NCBI GenBank assembly: GCA_022825195.1
Contig: JAJDYL010000218.1
Span: forward strand, 25,029 to 89,028
Direction of reading: 5' to 3'
Source: Alphaproteobacteria bacterium
Lineage (GTDB): Bacteria; Pseudomonadota; Alphaproteobacteria; Bin95
DNA: 64,000 nucleotides
Every line of letters begins with the position of its first letter. Within the stretch, counting starts at the first letter, position 1. The notes under the pieces are model-generated. The model saw only the letters and a program-made list of their open reading frames with translations, made no database searches and was not told the DNA's origin. Made by a program: the position numbers and the translations under genes. Below are positions 22,794 through 34,723 of this stretch, piece after piece.

Positions 22794-23576
22794 TCAAAAC
22801 AGCGAATAGGCGCCGTCGATGACGAAGGTATCGCCGGAGTGGTAGCGGCTGGCGTCCGAGACCAGATAGACCGCGATGCCGCCGAAATCCTCCTTCTCGC
22901 CCCAGCGGCCGGCCGGCACGCGCGGCAGCACGGCGTCGCGGAAGCGGTCCCAGTTGAAGGCCGGCTCCGTCATCGGCGTTTCGATCCAGCCGGGCAGCAC
23001 GCTGTTGGCGCGGATGCCCTTGCGCCCGTATTCGACCGCGAGCGCGCGCATCATGGCGATCAGCGCGCCCTTGCCGGCGCCGTAATGCTCGCCGCGCGCC
23101 TGGCCCATGATGGCGGCGAGGCTCGAGGTTGCCGCCAGCGAGCCGGCGATGCCCTGTTCGACCATGTGGCCCGCCGCTGCCCGGAGCGTGAAGAACACGC
23201 CGTCGAGATTGACATTCATCACCCGGCGCCATTCCGCCGTCGCCATGGTCGAGAACCCGCCCTTGAGCGCGCGGCGGTCCGAGGAGACGCCGGCATTGGC
23301 GAAACAGGCCGTGACCTTGCCGAGCGCGGCTACGGTCTCCGCAAAGCGTTCGGCGACCTCGTCCTCGTTGGACACGTCGCAGCGCAAGGCCAGCGACTTC
23401 ACATCGTATTGCCGCAGCACTTCGAGCGCGGCGGCGTTCTTCGCCTCGTTCGTGCCCCAGATGCAGACATCGCCGCCGGCCTGGGCGATGGCTTCGGCGA
23501 AGCCGAGGCCGATGCCGCTGTTGCCGCCGGTAATCAGCGCCGCCTTGCCGGCGAGGTTGAAGGGCTCATAGGCCAT
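22794..23576 (-). CDS. SDR-family oxidoreductase
   Basis: TGGNSGIG, NAG, YGAGK (YxxxK), PGWIET. Confidence 0.92.
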   Translation of the reverse strand: MAYEPFNLAGKAALITGGNSGIGLGFAEAIAQAGGDVCIWGTNEAKNAAALEVLRQYDVKSLALRCDVSNEDEVAERFAETVAALGKVTACFANAGVSSDRRALKGGFSTMATAEWRRVMNVNLDGVFFTLRAAAGHMVEQGIAGSLAATSSLAAIMGQARGEHYGAGKGALIAMMRALAVEYGRKGIRANSVLPGWIETPMTEPAFNWDRFRDAVLPRVPAGRWGEKEDFGGIAVYLVSDASRYHSGDTFVIDGAYSLF

Positions 23577-23604
23577 GGATTGCGCTTCCTTTCACGCGCT
23601 TGGC

Positions 23605-24978
23605 TCAAATGCCCGGAGGGGTCCCCAGGCGGCGGGAGGCCGGGCCGATCACGGTTTCGACGGCAAGGCCGATGGAGATCAGCCGCTCGTCCGTGCCGCG
23701 CGGGGCGAGGAGTTGCAGGCCGACCGGCATGCCGGCGCCGTCGAGGCCGGCCGGAATCGTGAGGCCGCAAAGCTCCAGCAGGTTGCCCGGCATGGTGTTG
23801 CGGAGCGAAGCCATGTTGTGCGTCCGGTAGCCTTCCCCTTCGGCTGCATGCTGCAGGAGCGGCGCGGTAATCGGCGTCGTCGGCCCGACGATTGCGTCGA
23901 TGCCGGCGAGCCGGGCGTTCGCCGCCGCCGCGGCGCGGGCGATGCGCATCTTGCGGCCGAGATAGTCCGTCGAGGTCAGGGTCCCGAATGCCTCGAAGCG
24001 GCCACGGACATTCGGGTCCAGCGTCGCCTTGAACGCGGGCAATTCGTTTTCGATGAAGGCGACGAATTCGGGCACCGCCAGCCCGCCTTCCCCGAAGACC
24101 GCCCTGGCGTCGGCCATTTCCGGCAGGTCGAAGGATTGCACCGTCGCGCCCCGCCCTTCCAGCTCGGCCAGGGCGGCGCGCACGGTCTCCGCCACGCCCG
24201 GACCGCAATCCTCGAAAAGGCTCTCGATCACGCCGATCCTGAGGCCGGCCGGGTCCGCCGGCTCGGGCGGCGTCCGGCACACCGGGTCTATCGCCGCAAA
24301 GGCGAGAGCCGCGTCCTCGACCGAGCGGGTCAGCACGCCGGCGGTATCGAGCGACGGGCTGAGCGGCACGATGCCTTCGAGCGACCAGCGCCCGTAGCTC
24401 GTCTTGAGGCCGACCGTGCCGGTGAAGCTCGCCGGAACGCGCACCGAACCGGCCGTGTCGGAGCCGAGCGCCACCACCGCCGTGCCCTCCAGCAGCGACA
24501 CCCCGGCGCCGGCGCTGGAGCCGCCCGGCACCCGGTGCGACTCCCCGCCCCAGGGGTTGCGCGGCGTGCCCCAGTGGGGGTTCGAGCCGACGCCGCCGAA
24601 GGCGAATTCGACCGTGTGCGTCTTGCCGGTGACGACGGCGAGCCCGTTCCGGACCGCAGCGACCACCGGCCCCTCCGCCTCCCAGGACGCGGGCAGCGGC
24701 TTCGGGGCGCCGGCATGGGTGGGCGCGCCCGCAAGCCCGAACAGGTCCTTCACCGACACCGGCAGGCCCTGCAGCGGCCCGAAGTCGAGGCCCTGCGCGA
24801 ACGCGGTATCGGCCAGCTCCGCCGCGCGGGCGGCATAGTCCGGCATCCAGAGTTTGTAGGCGCCGAGGGCCTCGCTGCGGTTGGCAAGCGCCTGCTCCAG
24901 CAGGTCGTGCGCCGTCACCCGGCCGGCTCGCAGCGCCTGGCCCAGTTCGGCGATGGTGGCGGAGGACAGTTCGATCAT
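23605..24978 (-). CDS. Amidase (amidase-signature family)
   Basis: PVSVKDL, GKT, PGGSSAG, GSDTAGSVRVPA; start placed at MIELSS (24978). Confidence 0.9.
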   Translation of the reverse strand: MIELSSATIAELGQALRAGRVTAHDLLEQALANRSEALGAYKLWMPDYAARAAELADTAFAQGLDFGPLQGLPVSVKDLFGLAGAPTHAGAPKPLPASWEAEGPVVAAVRNGLAVVTGKTHTVEFAFGGVGSNPHWGTPRNPWGGESHRVPGGSSAGAGVSLLEGTAVVALGSDTAGSVRVPASFTGTVGLKTSYGRWSLEGIVPLSPSLDTAGVLTRSVEDAALAFAAIDPVCRTPPEPADPAGLRIGVIESLFEDCGPGVAETVRAALAELEGRGATVQSFDLPEMADARAVFGEGGLAVPEFVAFIENELPAFKATLDPNVRGRFEAFGTLTSTDYLGRKMRIARAAAAANARLAGIDAIVGPTTPITAPLLQHAAEGEGYRTHNMASLRNTMPGNLLELCGLTIPAGLDGAGMPVGLQLLAPRGTDERLISIGLAVETVIGPASRRLGTPPGI

Positions 24979-25104
24979 CGCGCTCCGACTGTAGCCCGTA
25001 CTTCTCGCCGGTGTCATGGGCCTGCGCCCCGCCGCCGGGCCGGAGGGCAGGGAAAGACCCGCCGCTCGCCGCGTCTCCGGCCCAGGGGGGCCACTCCAGC
25101 GAGG

Positions 25105-25286
25105 TGTCATGAATTGTCATGTTTTGTCATGCAGCCCTGCAGAAATGTCATGGAATGTCACGGTCCGCTGCATCCCCTCCCGCGCATAATGCGCGCGCGT
25201 TTCGCGGCGGCACGCGGGCGCCCGCGTGCGCGAGGCAGCGTGAGGGACCCCCGCCGGAATGTCATGGAATGTCATGTTGTGTCATG
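25105..25286. repeat. Array of TGTCA(T/C)G heptamers in 10-bp phase (three clusters, 8 copies)
   Basis: Copies start at 25105, 25115, 25125; 25146, 25156; 25260, 25270, 25280. Confidence 0.85.
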
Positions 25287-25835
25287 TTTTCCTCGTGGAG
25301 GCCCGGCGCGGGGCCTTCTGCCGGCGCTGCCGGGTTGCGGGTCATGGGAGATGGCCCCCCCGCCTTCGCAGGGGCGATGAGAGGGGGCGGCGGCCTGTGC
25401 GGCCAGGGCCTTTTTCTTCGCCTTCCTCTCTTTCCTCTCCCTCCTCCTTTTCCTCTCCTTTCTCTCCTTCTCCTCCCTCTTCCTCCTGCGCTCTTCGCGG
25501 CGGTCCTCGCGGCGGTTCAGCCGTTCGAACCATGCGTGGAACTCGGGGGTTTGCCGGCTGCCGGTCCAGACCTCGCCGAGATATTCGTATTCCTCCTCTT
25601 CGGGTTCCGGTTCGGGCAGATGTCCGGCGCTCCAGTCGAGGACGGCGAGGAGCTGTCGCAGATGGGCGAGCCGGGCGCGTCCGGCGCGGTGGTATTCGGC
25701 GCGGTCGCGGTCGTCCTGCGGCGGCGGTCCGGCGCCGATGTCCTCGGCACAGGCTGCGGCGAGGGCTTCGGCGGCCGGGGCGAGGCGCTCCAGCAGCATG
25801 GCCGCCAGTTCGGGGCGGGGATCGGTTGCGGTCAT
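25272..25835 (-). CDS. Orphan protein (187 aa): helical N-domain, acidic linker, E/R/K-rich tail
   Basis: Strong RBS AAGGAGGAGG 5 nt before ATG 25835; protein-like N-terminus; stop codon lies inside the TGTCATG array. Confidence 0.65.
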   Translation of the reverse strand: MTATDPRPELAAMLLERLAPAAEALAAACAEDIGAGPPPQDDRDRAEYHRAGRARLAHLRQLLAVLDWSAGHLPEPEPEEEEYEYLGEVWTGSRQTPEFHAWFERLNRREDRREERRRKREEKERKERKRRRERKERKAKKKALAAQAAAPSHRPCEGGGAISHDPQPGSAGRRPRAGPPRGKHDTT

Positions 25836-26274
25836 TCGTGCCTCCTCCTTCGGGGCCAGGGCGGGACGGGGTGTCCCTGTTTCGCGCGTAATGCGTGCGG
25901 GCCTGCGTGCGCGGGCGGGCGTATCGCGGCGGCGCGGTTCGTGCGCCTGATTGCCCGCGCGCGCGTGCGTGCAGCCGGGCAGAGGGCGCACCCCTCCCGT
26001 CCGCTCGCGCCGGGGGTTTCTCGGCCCCAGCCATGCTTTCTGCAGAAAAGCGGAACGGCGGCCCCGGAAGCCGCCTTTCTCTGGTGCTTATTCTACACCA
26101 TTCCTCGGAAAATCAAGCCATTTCGGGAACAAAAAATGATAATTCCGGGTAATTTTCTCACAATCCGTTGAATCGGCGGGACAATCTCAGGCTTTCGACA
26201 CGCCGCATGGCGGGCGGGGCGACGATATGGGCCGCAATCTTCCCGTGAGTCCGAAGTCGATGCCGCTGTCATGA

Positions 26275-28538
<2,264 letters not shown>

Positions 28539-28543
28539 CGTCC

Positions 28544-29527
28544 ATGCACCGCCTGTGCGTCGCGCCGATGATGGACCGGACGGACCGGCATTGCCGGTTC
28601 TTCCACCGGCTGCTCTCGCGGCGCGCGTACCTCTACACGGAGATGCTGACGGCAGGGGCCGTCATCCACGGCGACCGGGACCGGCTGCTGGGCTTCGACT
28701 CGGCGGAGCGTCCGGTCGCCCTGCAGGTCGGCGGGAGCGATCCGGCGATGCTTGCAGAGGCCGCGCGCATCGGCGAGCGCTTCGGCTATGACGAGATCAA
28801 CCTGAATTGCGGCTGCCCGAGCGACCGGGTGAAGAAGGGCCGCTTCGGCGCAAGCCTGATGGCCGAGCCCGAGCTTGTCGGCCGCTGCCTCGCCGCCATG
28901 CGCGAGGCGGTCTCGGTGCCGGTAACGGTCAAGTGCCGCGTGGGCATAGACGACCAGGATGACGATGCGCTCGACCGCTTCGTGGAGACCGTGCACGCAC
29001 TATCGGGCGTTACCGTCTTCATGGTCCATGCCCGCAAGGCCTGGCTCGAGGGTCTCAGCCCGAAGCAGAACCGGGAGGTGCCGCCGCTGCGCTACGAACT
29101 GGTGTTCCGCCTGAAGGCCGGGCGCCCGGACCTGTGCATCGTGCTGAACGGCGGCGTCCCCGGCCTCGACGAAGCCGCGGCGCTGCTGGCGGACGGGGCC
29201 GTGGACGGCGTCATGCTGGGCCGGGCCGCCTATTCCGACCCGTGGCTTCTTGCGGACGCGGACCGCCGGCTGTTCGGAGCGCGGAACCCGGTGCAATCGC
29301 GGCACGAGGCGGTGGAAGCCCTGCTGCCCTATGCGGAGCGGCTGGCGGCGGACGGCGTCCGCCTGCACGCGCTCGCACGCCATATCCACGGGCTGTTCCA
29401 GGGCTGCCCCGGCGCCCGCGCCTTCCGCCGCCACCTGGCCGAGAATGCCCACCTGCCGGGCGCCGGCCCCGAGGCGCTGGCCGCCGCCGCCAGCCTCGCC
29501 GCAGCGCCCGACCGGCTGGCCGCCTGA
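28544..29527 (+). CDS. dusA: tRNA-dihydrouridine synthase A
   Basis: APMMDRTDRHCR, NLNCGCPS, HARKAWLEGLSPKQNREVPPL. Confidence 0.94.
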   Translation: MHRLCVAPMMDRTDRHCRFFHRLLSRRAYLYTEMLTAGAVIHGDRDRLLGFDSAERPVALQVGGSDPAMLAEAARIGERFGYDEINLNCGCPSDRVKKGRFGASLMAEPELVGRCLAAMREAVSVPVTVKCRVGIDDQDDDALDRFVETVHALSGVTVFMVHARKAWLEGLSPKQNREVPPLRYELVFRLKAGRPDLCIVLNGGVPGLDEAAALLADGAVDGVMLGRAAYSDPWLLADADRRLFGARNPVQSRHEAVEALLPYAERLAADGVRLHALARHIHGLFQGCPGARAFRRHLAENAHLPGAGPEALAAAASLAAAPDRLAA

Positions 29528-29539
29528 CGCCCGGTCGCT

Positions 29540-30334
29540 CTACCGCGCGGTCCAGCCGCCGTCGATCACGAGTTCCGCGCCGGTCATGAACGAGCTGTCG
29601 GCCGAAGCGAGGAAGAGAACCCCGGCGGCAATGTCCACCGGTCCGCCGAGGCGCTTGATCGGGTGCAGGTTCATGACGAACTCGCGGGCGGCATTGTCCG
29701 ACATGCCCGTGCTCATCCAGCGGTCCATGACCTGCGCCGCCATGTCGGTCTCGATCAGGCCCGGATGGACCGAGTTCACGCGGATATTGTAGCCGAGCTG
29801 CGCGACTTCGAGCGCCGCCGACTTGGTCAGCAGCCGAACCGCGCCCTTGGAGGCGCTGTAGATCGCCGAAAGCGGCGAGCCGACGAGTCCGGCGACCGAG
29901 GAGATGTTGACGATGCTGGCAGGGTCCGCGCCCGCCGGCGTTTTCTTCATCGAGGGAATGGCGTGCTTTATGCCGAGAAAGACACCCATCACATTCACGT
30001 CCATCAGGCGGCGATAGTCCTCGACGGACATCTCCTCCAGCTTCGCGTAGCTGTAGACGCCGGCATTGTTGACGAGAATGTCGAGCGGGCCGAACCGTCG
30101 CTCGACTTCGGCGACCGCGCTCTCCCAGCCGGCTTCGTCCGCCACGTCCTGGGCGATGAAATGCGCTTCGCCGCCGGCCGAGGCGATTTCCCCGACCGTC
30201 CGGTGGCCGTTCTCCTCGATAAGGTCGGAGACGGCGACCCTGGCGCCGGCCTCGGCCAGACGCCGCGCAATCCCGGCCCCGATGCCGCGCCCCGCGCCCG
30301 TTACCAGCGCAACCTTGCCGTCCACCCGGTTCAT
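29540..30334 (-). CDS. SDR-family oxidoreductase
   Basis: TGAGRGIG, NNAG, YSASK, VNSVHPG. Confidence 0.93.
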   Translation of the reverse strand: MNRVDGKVALVTGAGRGIGAGIARRLAEAGARVAVSDLIEENGHRTVGEIASAGGEAHFIAQDVADEAGWESAVAEVERRFGPLDILVNNAGVYSYAKLEEMSVEDYRRLMDVNVMGVFLGIKHAIPSMKKTPAGADPASIVNISSVAGLVGSPLSAIYSASKGAVRLLTKSAALEVAQLGYNIRVNSVHPGLIETDMAAQVMDRWMSTGMSDNAAREFVMNLHPIKRLGGPVDIAAGVLFLASADSSFMTGAELVIDGGWTAR

Positions 30335-30376
30335 TCGTCCTTACTCCTCGCGAAGGGAAATGCGGTGCGCCGCCAG

Positions 30377-31066
30377 TCAGGCCGGCAGCAGGTCCGCCAG
30401 TTCGTCGAGCCCCCGGATTTCCGCCAGGGGCTGGAAGGGCAGCGTCTCGACCGGCGCGCCGGCGCGGTTGATCCACACGGCGCGGAAGCCGAAGGCCGCC
30501 GCCCCTGCCGCATCCCAGCCGTTCGCCGAAACGAAGCAGATCTGCGCCGTCTGCGCATCCAGTTCATCCACCGCAAGCTGGTACACGGACGGGTGCGGCT
30601 TGAAGACGCCGCAGGCATCCACGGAAAGCACCCGGTCCAGCAGGGGCGTGAGCGTGTTGGCGTTGACAGCGGCCGTCAGCATGGTGCGGGTGCCGTTGGA
30701 GAGCACCGCCGTGCGCATCCGCCGGTCCTTCAGCGCTTCCAGGCACGGACGGGCATCCGGGAACGCATCCAGCGCGAGATAAAGCTGCATCAGCTCGGCG
30801 CGAAGAACCGGGTCGTCCACCTCGCAGGCCGCCATCGCATAGTCCAGCGCCTCGCCCGTGACCTGCCAGAAATCCGCATATTTGCCCATCAGCGAGCGCA
30901 GCCATGTGTAGTCGATCTGCTTCTGCCGCCAGAGCGCGGACAGGCGGTCCGCCGCCGGACCGATCCGCGCGCGCCTTGCGGCCAGCGGGGCGTTGAAGTC
31001 GAACAGGGTGCCGTAGGCGTCGAAGACGCAGGCCCGGATGTCATGAAGGTTGTGTTCGCCCTGCAT
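30377..31066 (-). CDS. Haloacid dehalogenase, type II
   Basis: FDAYGTLFD, WRQKQIDY, LSNG, FKPHPSVY, SANGWD, WINR. Confidence 0.92.
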   Translation of the reverse strand: MQGEHNLHDIRACVFDAYGTLFDFNAPLAARRARIGPAADRLSALWRQKQIDYTWLRSLMGKYADFWQVTGEALDYAMAACEVDDPVLRAELMQLYLALDAFPDARPCLEALKDRRMRTAVLSNGTRTMLTAAVNANTLTPLLDRVLSVDACGVFKPHPSVYQLAVDELDAQTAQICFVSANGWDAAGAAAFGFRAVWINRAGAPVETLPFQPLAEIRGLDELADLLPA

Positions 31067-31162
31067 ATGCTGCGTTTCCGGTTGCGGTCGGTTGCAGACT
31101 AGCTTGCCGCGCGCCGGGGGTGAAACTATGTTTCGCCGAGGAAAGCAGAGGAGGTCCGGCCC

Positions 31163-32038
31163 ATGTTCAAGGGATCGCTGGTGGCGTTGATCACCCCGTT
31201 CCGCAACGGAGGGGTGGACGAGAAAGCGTATCAGGACTTCGTCGAGTGGCAGATCTCCGAAGGCACGCACGGGCTGGTGCCCTGCGGCACCACGGGCGAA
31301 TCGCCGACCCTGAGCCATGACGAGCACAAGCGCGTGACCGAGCTCTGCATCGAGGCGGCGGCCGGCCGCGTGCCGGTGGTCGCGGGCGCGGGCTCCAACT
31401 CGACGGCCGAGGCCATCGACCTCGCCCACCACGCCAAGCAGGCCGGCGCCGACGGCATCCTCGTTGTGACGCCCTACTACAACAAGCCGAACCAGGACGG
31501 CCTCTACGAGCATTTCAAGGCGATCAACGACGCCGTCGAGATCCCGATGATCATCTACAACATCCCGCCGCGCTCGGTGGTCGACATGACCGTCGAGACC
31601 ATGGCGGAGCTCGCCAGGCTGCCGAACGTCGTGGGCGTCAAGGACGCGACCACCGACCTCCAGCGCCCGCTGGAGACGCGAATCGCCGCAGGCCCCGATT
31701 TCTGCCAGCTTTCCGGCGAGGACGGCACGGCGCTGCCCTTCCTGATCCAGGGCGGCGTGGGCTGCATTTCGGTGAGCGCCAATGTCGCGCCGAAGCTCTG
31801 CGCGATGATGCACGACGCCTGGCAGCAGGGCGCGCTGGAAACGGCGATGCAGATCAATGAGCGGCTGCTGCCGCTGCACAAGGCGATGTTCTTCCAGCCG
31901 AGCCCGGCGGGCGCCAAATACGGCGCGCACCTGCTGGGCCATTGCGAGCCGGACACGCGCCTGCCGCTCACGCCCGCCGCGCCGGAAACGCAGGCCCGGG
32001 TGCGCAGCGCGATGACCGGCCTCGAACTCATCGCCTAG
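31163..32038 (+). CDS. dapA: 4-hydroxy-tetrahydrodipicolinate synthase
   Basis: GTTGESPTL, PYYNKP, YNIPPR, GVKDA, SGED. Confidence 0.96.
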   Translation: MFKGSLVALITPFRNGGVDEKAYQDFVEWQISEGTHGLVPCGTTGESPTLSHDEHKRVTELCIEAAAGRVPVVAGAGSNSTAEAIDLAHHAKQAGADGILVVTPYYNKPNQDGLYEHFKAINDAVEIPMIIYNIPPRSVVDMTVETMAELARLPNVVGVKDATTDLQRPLETRIAAGPDFCQLSGEDGTALPFLIQGGVGCISVSANVAPKLCAMMHDAWQQGALETAMQINERLLPLHKAMFFQPSPAGAKYGAHLLGHCEPDTRLPLTPAAPETQARVRSAMTGLELIA

Positions 32039-32047
32039 CGCCGTCCG

Positions 32048-32503
32048 ATGCCCGTCCGGCTGGTCGCCCAGAACCGCCGGGCGCGGCACGACTATTTCAT
32101 CGAGGACGTGCTCGAGGCCGGGATGCAGCTTTCCGGCAGCGAGGTGAAGTCCCTGCGCGAGGGGCGAGGCTCCATCGTGGAGGCCTACGCCGTCGAGCGG
32201 GCGGGCGAGATGTTCCTCGTCAACGCCCATATCCCGGAATACAAGCCGGCGCGCCATTTTGGCCACACGGCGAAACGCCCCCGCAAGCTCCTGCTGCACA
32301 AGCGCCAGATCGACCGGCTGGCCGGCGCCGTCAGGCGCGAGGGCGCGACGCTGGTCCCGCTCAAGCTCTATTTCAACGAGCGGGGCCGCGCCAAGCTGGA
32401 GCTCGGCCTCGCCCGCGGCAAGCGCAAGGTGGACAAGCGCCACGCCATCAAGGAACGCGACTGGAAACGCGACAAGCAGCGCCTGATGAAGGTGCGGGGC
32501 TGA
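32048..32503 (+). CDS. smpB: SsrA-binding protein
   Basis: [30 protein letters not shown]. Confidence 0.96.
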   Translation: MPVRLVAQNRRARHDYFIEDVLEAGMQLSGSEVKSLREGRGSIVEAYAVERAGEMFLVNAHIPEYKPARHFGHTAKRPRKLLLHKRQIDRLAGAVRREGATLVPLKLYFNERGRAKLELGLARGKRKVDKRHAIKERDWKRDKQRLMKVRG

Positions 32504-32509
32504 GTCCGT

Positions 32510-33550
32510 CTACCGGTTGAGCCGGGCTGCATCGCCGATGACGCGGACGGCTTCCTCGTTGCGAGTGCGCACGGTGATGGCGGTGGCGCCGCTGTCGGTC
32601 CAGGCGCGGAAGCGCTGCTTGATGCGCGCCGCCGGGCCGATGAGCGCCTTCATGTCCACCCATTCGTCCGGCACGGCGTCGGCGGCCTCGTCCTTGCGGC
32701 CGGCGAGGTAGAGCTCCTGGATGCGCTCGGCGGCGTCCGCAAACCCGCGCCGGCACATCATCTGGTTGTGGAAGTTCTTGTCCCGGTGCCCCATGCCGCC
32801 GACATAAAGCGCCTCGCGGGGCTTCAATTGCGCCAGCCCCGCCTTTACATCGTCGCCCAGGATGACATGCGGCGAGGCGACGATCTCGAAATTGTGGAAG
32901 CCCTTGCCGTTGCCGGCCCGCGCGAAGCCCTGCTCCAGCCAGGGGCGGTATTCGTTGAGCGTGCCCGGCATGAAGCCGAGCGGCAGCCAGCCATCGGCGA
33001 TTTCCCCGGTGAGGCGCACGGTCGACTCGGCCCCGGTGCCGAGATAGATCGGGATGTCGGGGTTGGGATGCAGGATCATCCTGAGCGGCTTGCCCATGCC
33101 GGCGGAGCCCTCGCCCTCGTAGGGCAGCGAGATTTCCCGGCCGTCATGGGTCACGGGCTCCTCGCGGGCGAAGATCTTCCGCATGATCGCGACATAGTCC
33201 TTGATGCGCCAGTAGGGCCGGCCCCAGGGCTGGCCGTACCAGCCCTCGACGATCTGCGGCCCCGAAACGCCGATGCCGACGATCATCCGCCCGCCGCCGG
33301 CAAGCGCGTCGATAGTCTGGGCCTGCATCGCGGCATTGGCCGGCGTGCGCGCGGCAAGCTGGATGATGCCGGTGCCGAGCTTGATCCGCTCGGTGACGGC
33401 TGCGAGATAGGCGAGCGGCGTCATGGCGTCGGTGCCGTATGCCTCGGCCGTCCAGACCGTGTCGTAGCCGAGCCTGTCGGCGAGCTTCACCAGTTCGGTC
33501 GGGAAATCGAGCCGCGCGCCCGAGTAACCGATTGAAAGACCCAGCTTCAT
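32510..33550 (-). CDS. LLM-class (luciferase-like) oxidoreductase, probably F420-dependent
   Basis: WTAEAYGTDA, ARTPANAAM, GVSGPQIVEGWYG, YVGGMG...NFHN. Confidence 0.85.
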   Translation of the reverse strand: MKLGLSIGYSGARLDFPTELVKLADRLGYDTVWTAEAYGTDAMTPLAYLAAVTERIKLGTGIIQLAARTPANAAMQAQTIDALAGGGRMIVGIGVSGPQIVEGWYGQPWGRPYWRIKDYVAIMRKIFAREEPVTHDGREISLPYEGEGSAGMGKPLRMILHPNPDIPIYLGTGAESTVRLTGEIADGWLPLGFMPGTLNEYRPWLEQGFARAGNGKGFHNFEIVASPHVILGDDVKAGLAQLKPREALYVGGMGHRDKNFHNQMMCRRGFADAAERIQELYLAGRKDEAADAVPDEWVDMKALIGPAARIKQRFRAWTDSGATAITVRTRNEEAVRVIGDAARLNR

Positions 33551-33614
33551 GGGGAAGCGCCTCCGGGCTTCGGAAATAGGGTTTTCTTCACCGTCTGCGG
33601 CCGGGACGCCGCGG

Positions 33615-34460
33615 CTATTCGGCCGCGGCCCTGTAACCCGCCGGCAGGTCGAACGGGCGGTCGCCGGAGAGGGAGGGCACACGGGCGCGGGCTTCCGCCA
33701 CGCGGGCCGTGTCGATCACGGCGGTCACGATGCCCGGCTCCCCGCCCCCGTCCGCCAGCACCTCGCCCCAGGGCGCGACGATGAGCGAATGGCCGTAAGT
33801 CCTGCGCCCCTCCGCATGCTCGCCCACCTGCGCGGGCGCGACGATGAAGCAGCCGGTCTCGATGGCGCGCGAGCGCAGCAGCACATGCCAGTGCGCGCGG
33901 CCGGTGGGAACCGTGAACGCGGACGGCACGGTAATCACTTCGGCCCCCGCCTGCGCCAGCGCCCGGTAGAGCGCCGGGAAGCGCATGTCGTAGCAGATCG
34001 TGAGGCCCAGCACCGCCAGCGGTGTGTGGACCGTCACCGCGCTCTCGCCCGGCCGGTATGTCCGGCTTTCCCGGTAGCGGTCGCCCTCGCCGATATCCAC
34101 GTCGAACATGTGGATCTTGTCGTAAGTCGCGGCGACCTCGCCGGACGGATCGAGCAGGTAGGACCGGTTGGCGAGGCGCTCCTCTTCGGTGCGCGTCACC
34201 ATCGAACCGGCCAGAAGCCAGGCGCCCGTTTCCCGCGCCCACTCCCGGAACGCCGCGAGCCCGCGGTGATCGTCCTGCGGTTCCGCCTTCTCCAGCACGA
34301 GGCGCCGGCGCGGCTCCAGATAGGAACAGACCTCCGGCGCCGTAATCAGGTCCGCGCCCATGTCGCGCGCCCGGCGGACCATGTCGCCCAGCGCGGCCAG
34401 GGTCGGTTCCGTATCCCGCTCCGCGGTGTTCTGCAGGCAGGCGGCCGTGAAGACGCTCAC
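33615..34460 (-). CDS. Carbon-nitrogen hydrolase (Nit1-like amidase)
   Basis: [18 protein letters not shown] catalytic triad; [11 protein letters not shown]; next to grxC. Confidence 0.92.
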   Translation of the reverse strand: MSVFTAACLQNTAERDTEPTLAALGDMVRRARDMGADLITAPEVCSYLEPRRRLVLEKAEPQDDHRGLAAFREWARETGAWLLAGSMVTRTEEERLANRSYLLDPSGEVAATYDKIHMFDVDIGEGDRYRESRTYRPGESAVTVHTPLAVLGLTICYDMRFPALYRALAQAGAEVITVPSAFTVPTGRAHWHVLLRSRAIETGCFIVAPAQVGEHAEGRRTYGHSLIVAPWGEVLADGGGEPGIVTAVIDTARVAEARARVPSLSGDRPFDLPAGYRAAAE

Positions 34461-34723
34461 GACGCCGCTCCCTCCAGCATCGCATCGAGGCGCCCTGCCC
34501 GCTCCAGGGCCGCCAACTCGTCAGAGCCGCCCACATGCGCGCCGGCAATGAAGATCTGCGGCACCGTGCGCCGGCCGCCGGACCGGCTCGTCATCTCGCT
34601 GCGCAGGGCCGGCGCGGCGTCCACATTGTATTCGGCGAACTCGACGCCCTTGCTCTTCAGCAACCGTTTCGCCCGGTGGCAGAAGGGGCACCAAGAGCTG
34701 GAGTACATCTCGACCCTAGTCAT
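34457..34723 (-). CDS. grxC: Glutaredoxin 3
   Basis: CPFC, TVPQIF, GG.D. Confidence 0.92.
   Translation of the reverse strand: MTRVEMYSSSWCPFCHRAKRLLKSKGVEFAEYNVDAAPALRSEMTSRSGGRRTVPQIFIAGAHVGGSDELAALERAGRLDAMLEGAAS

Noticed and set aside
25105-25286. CRISPR array or canonical Pho box
   Set aside because: The 7-bp units with 3-bp linkers are far too short for CRISPR and there are no cas genes. The period is 10 bp rather than the 11 bp of Pho boxes.
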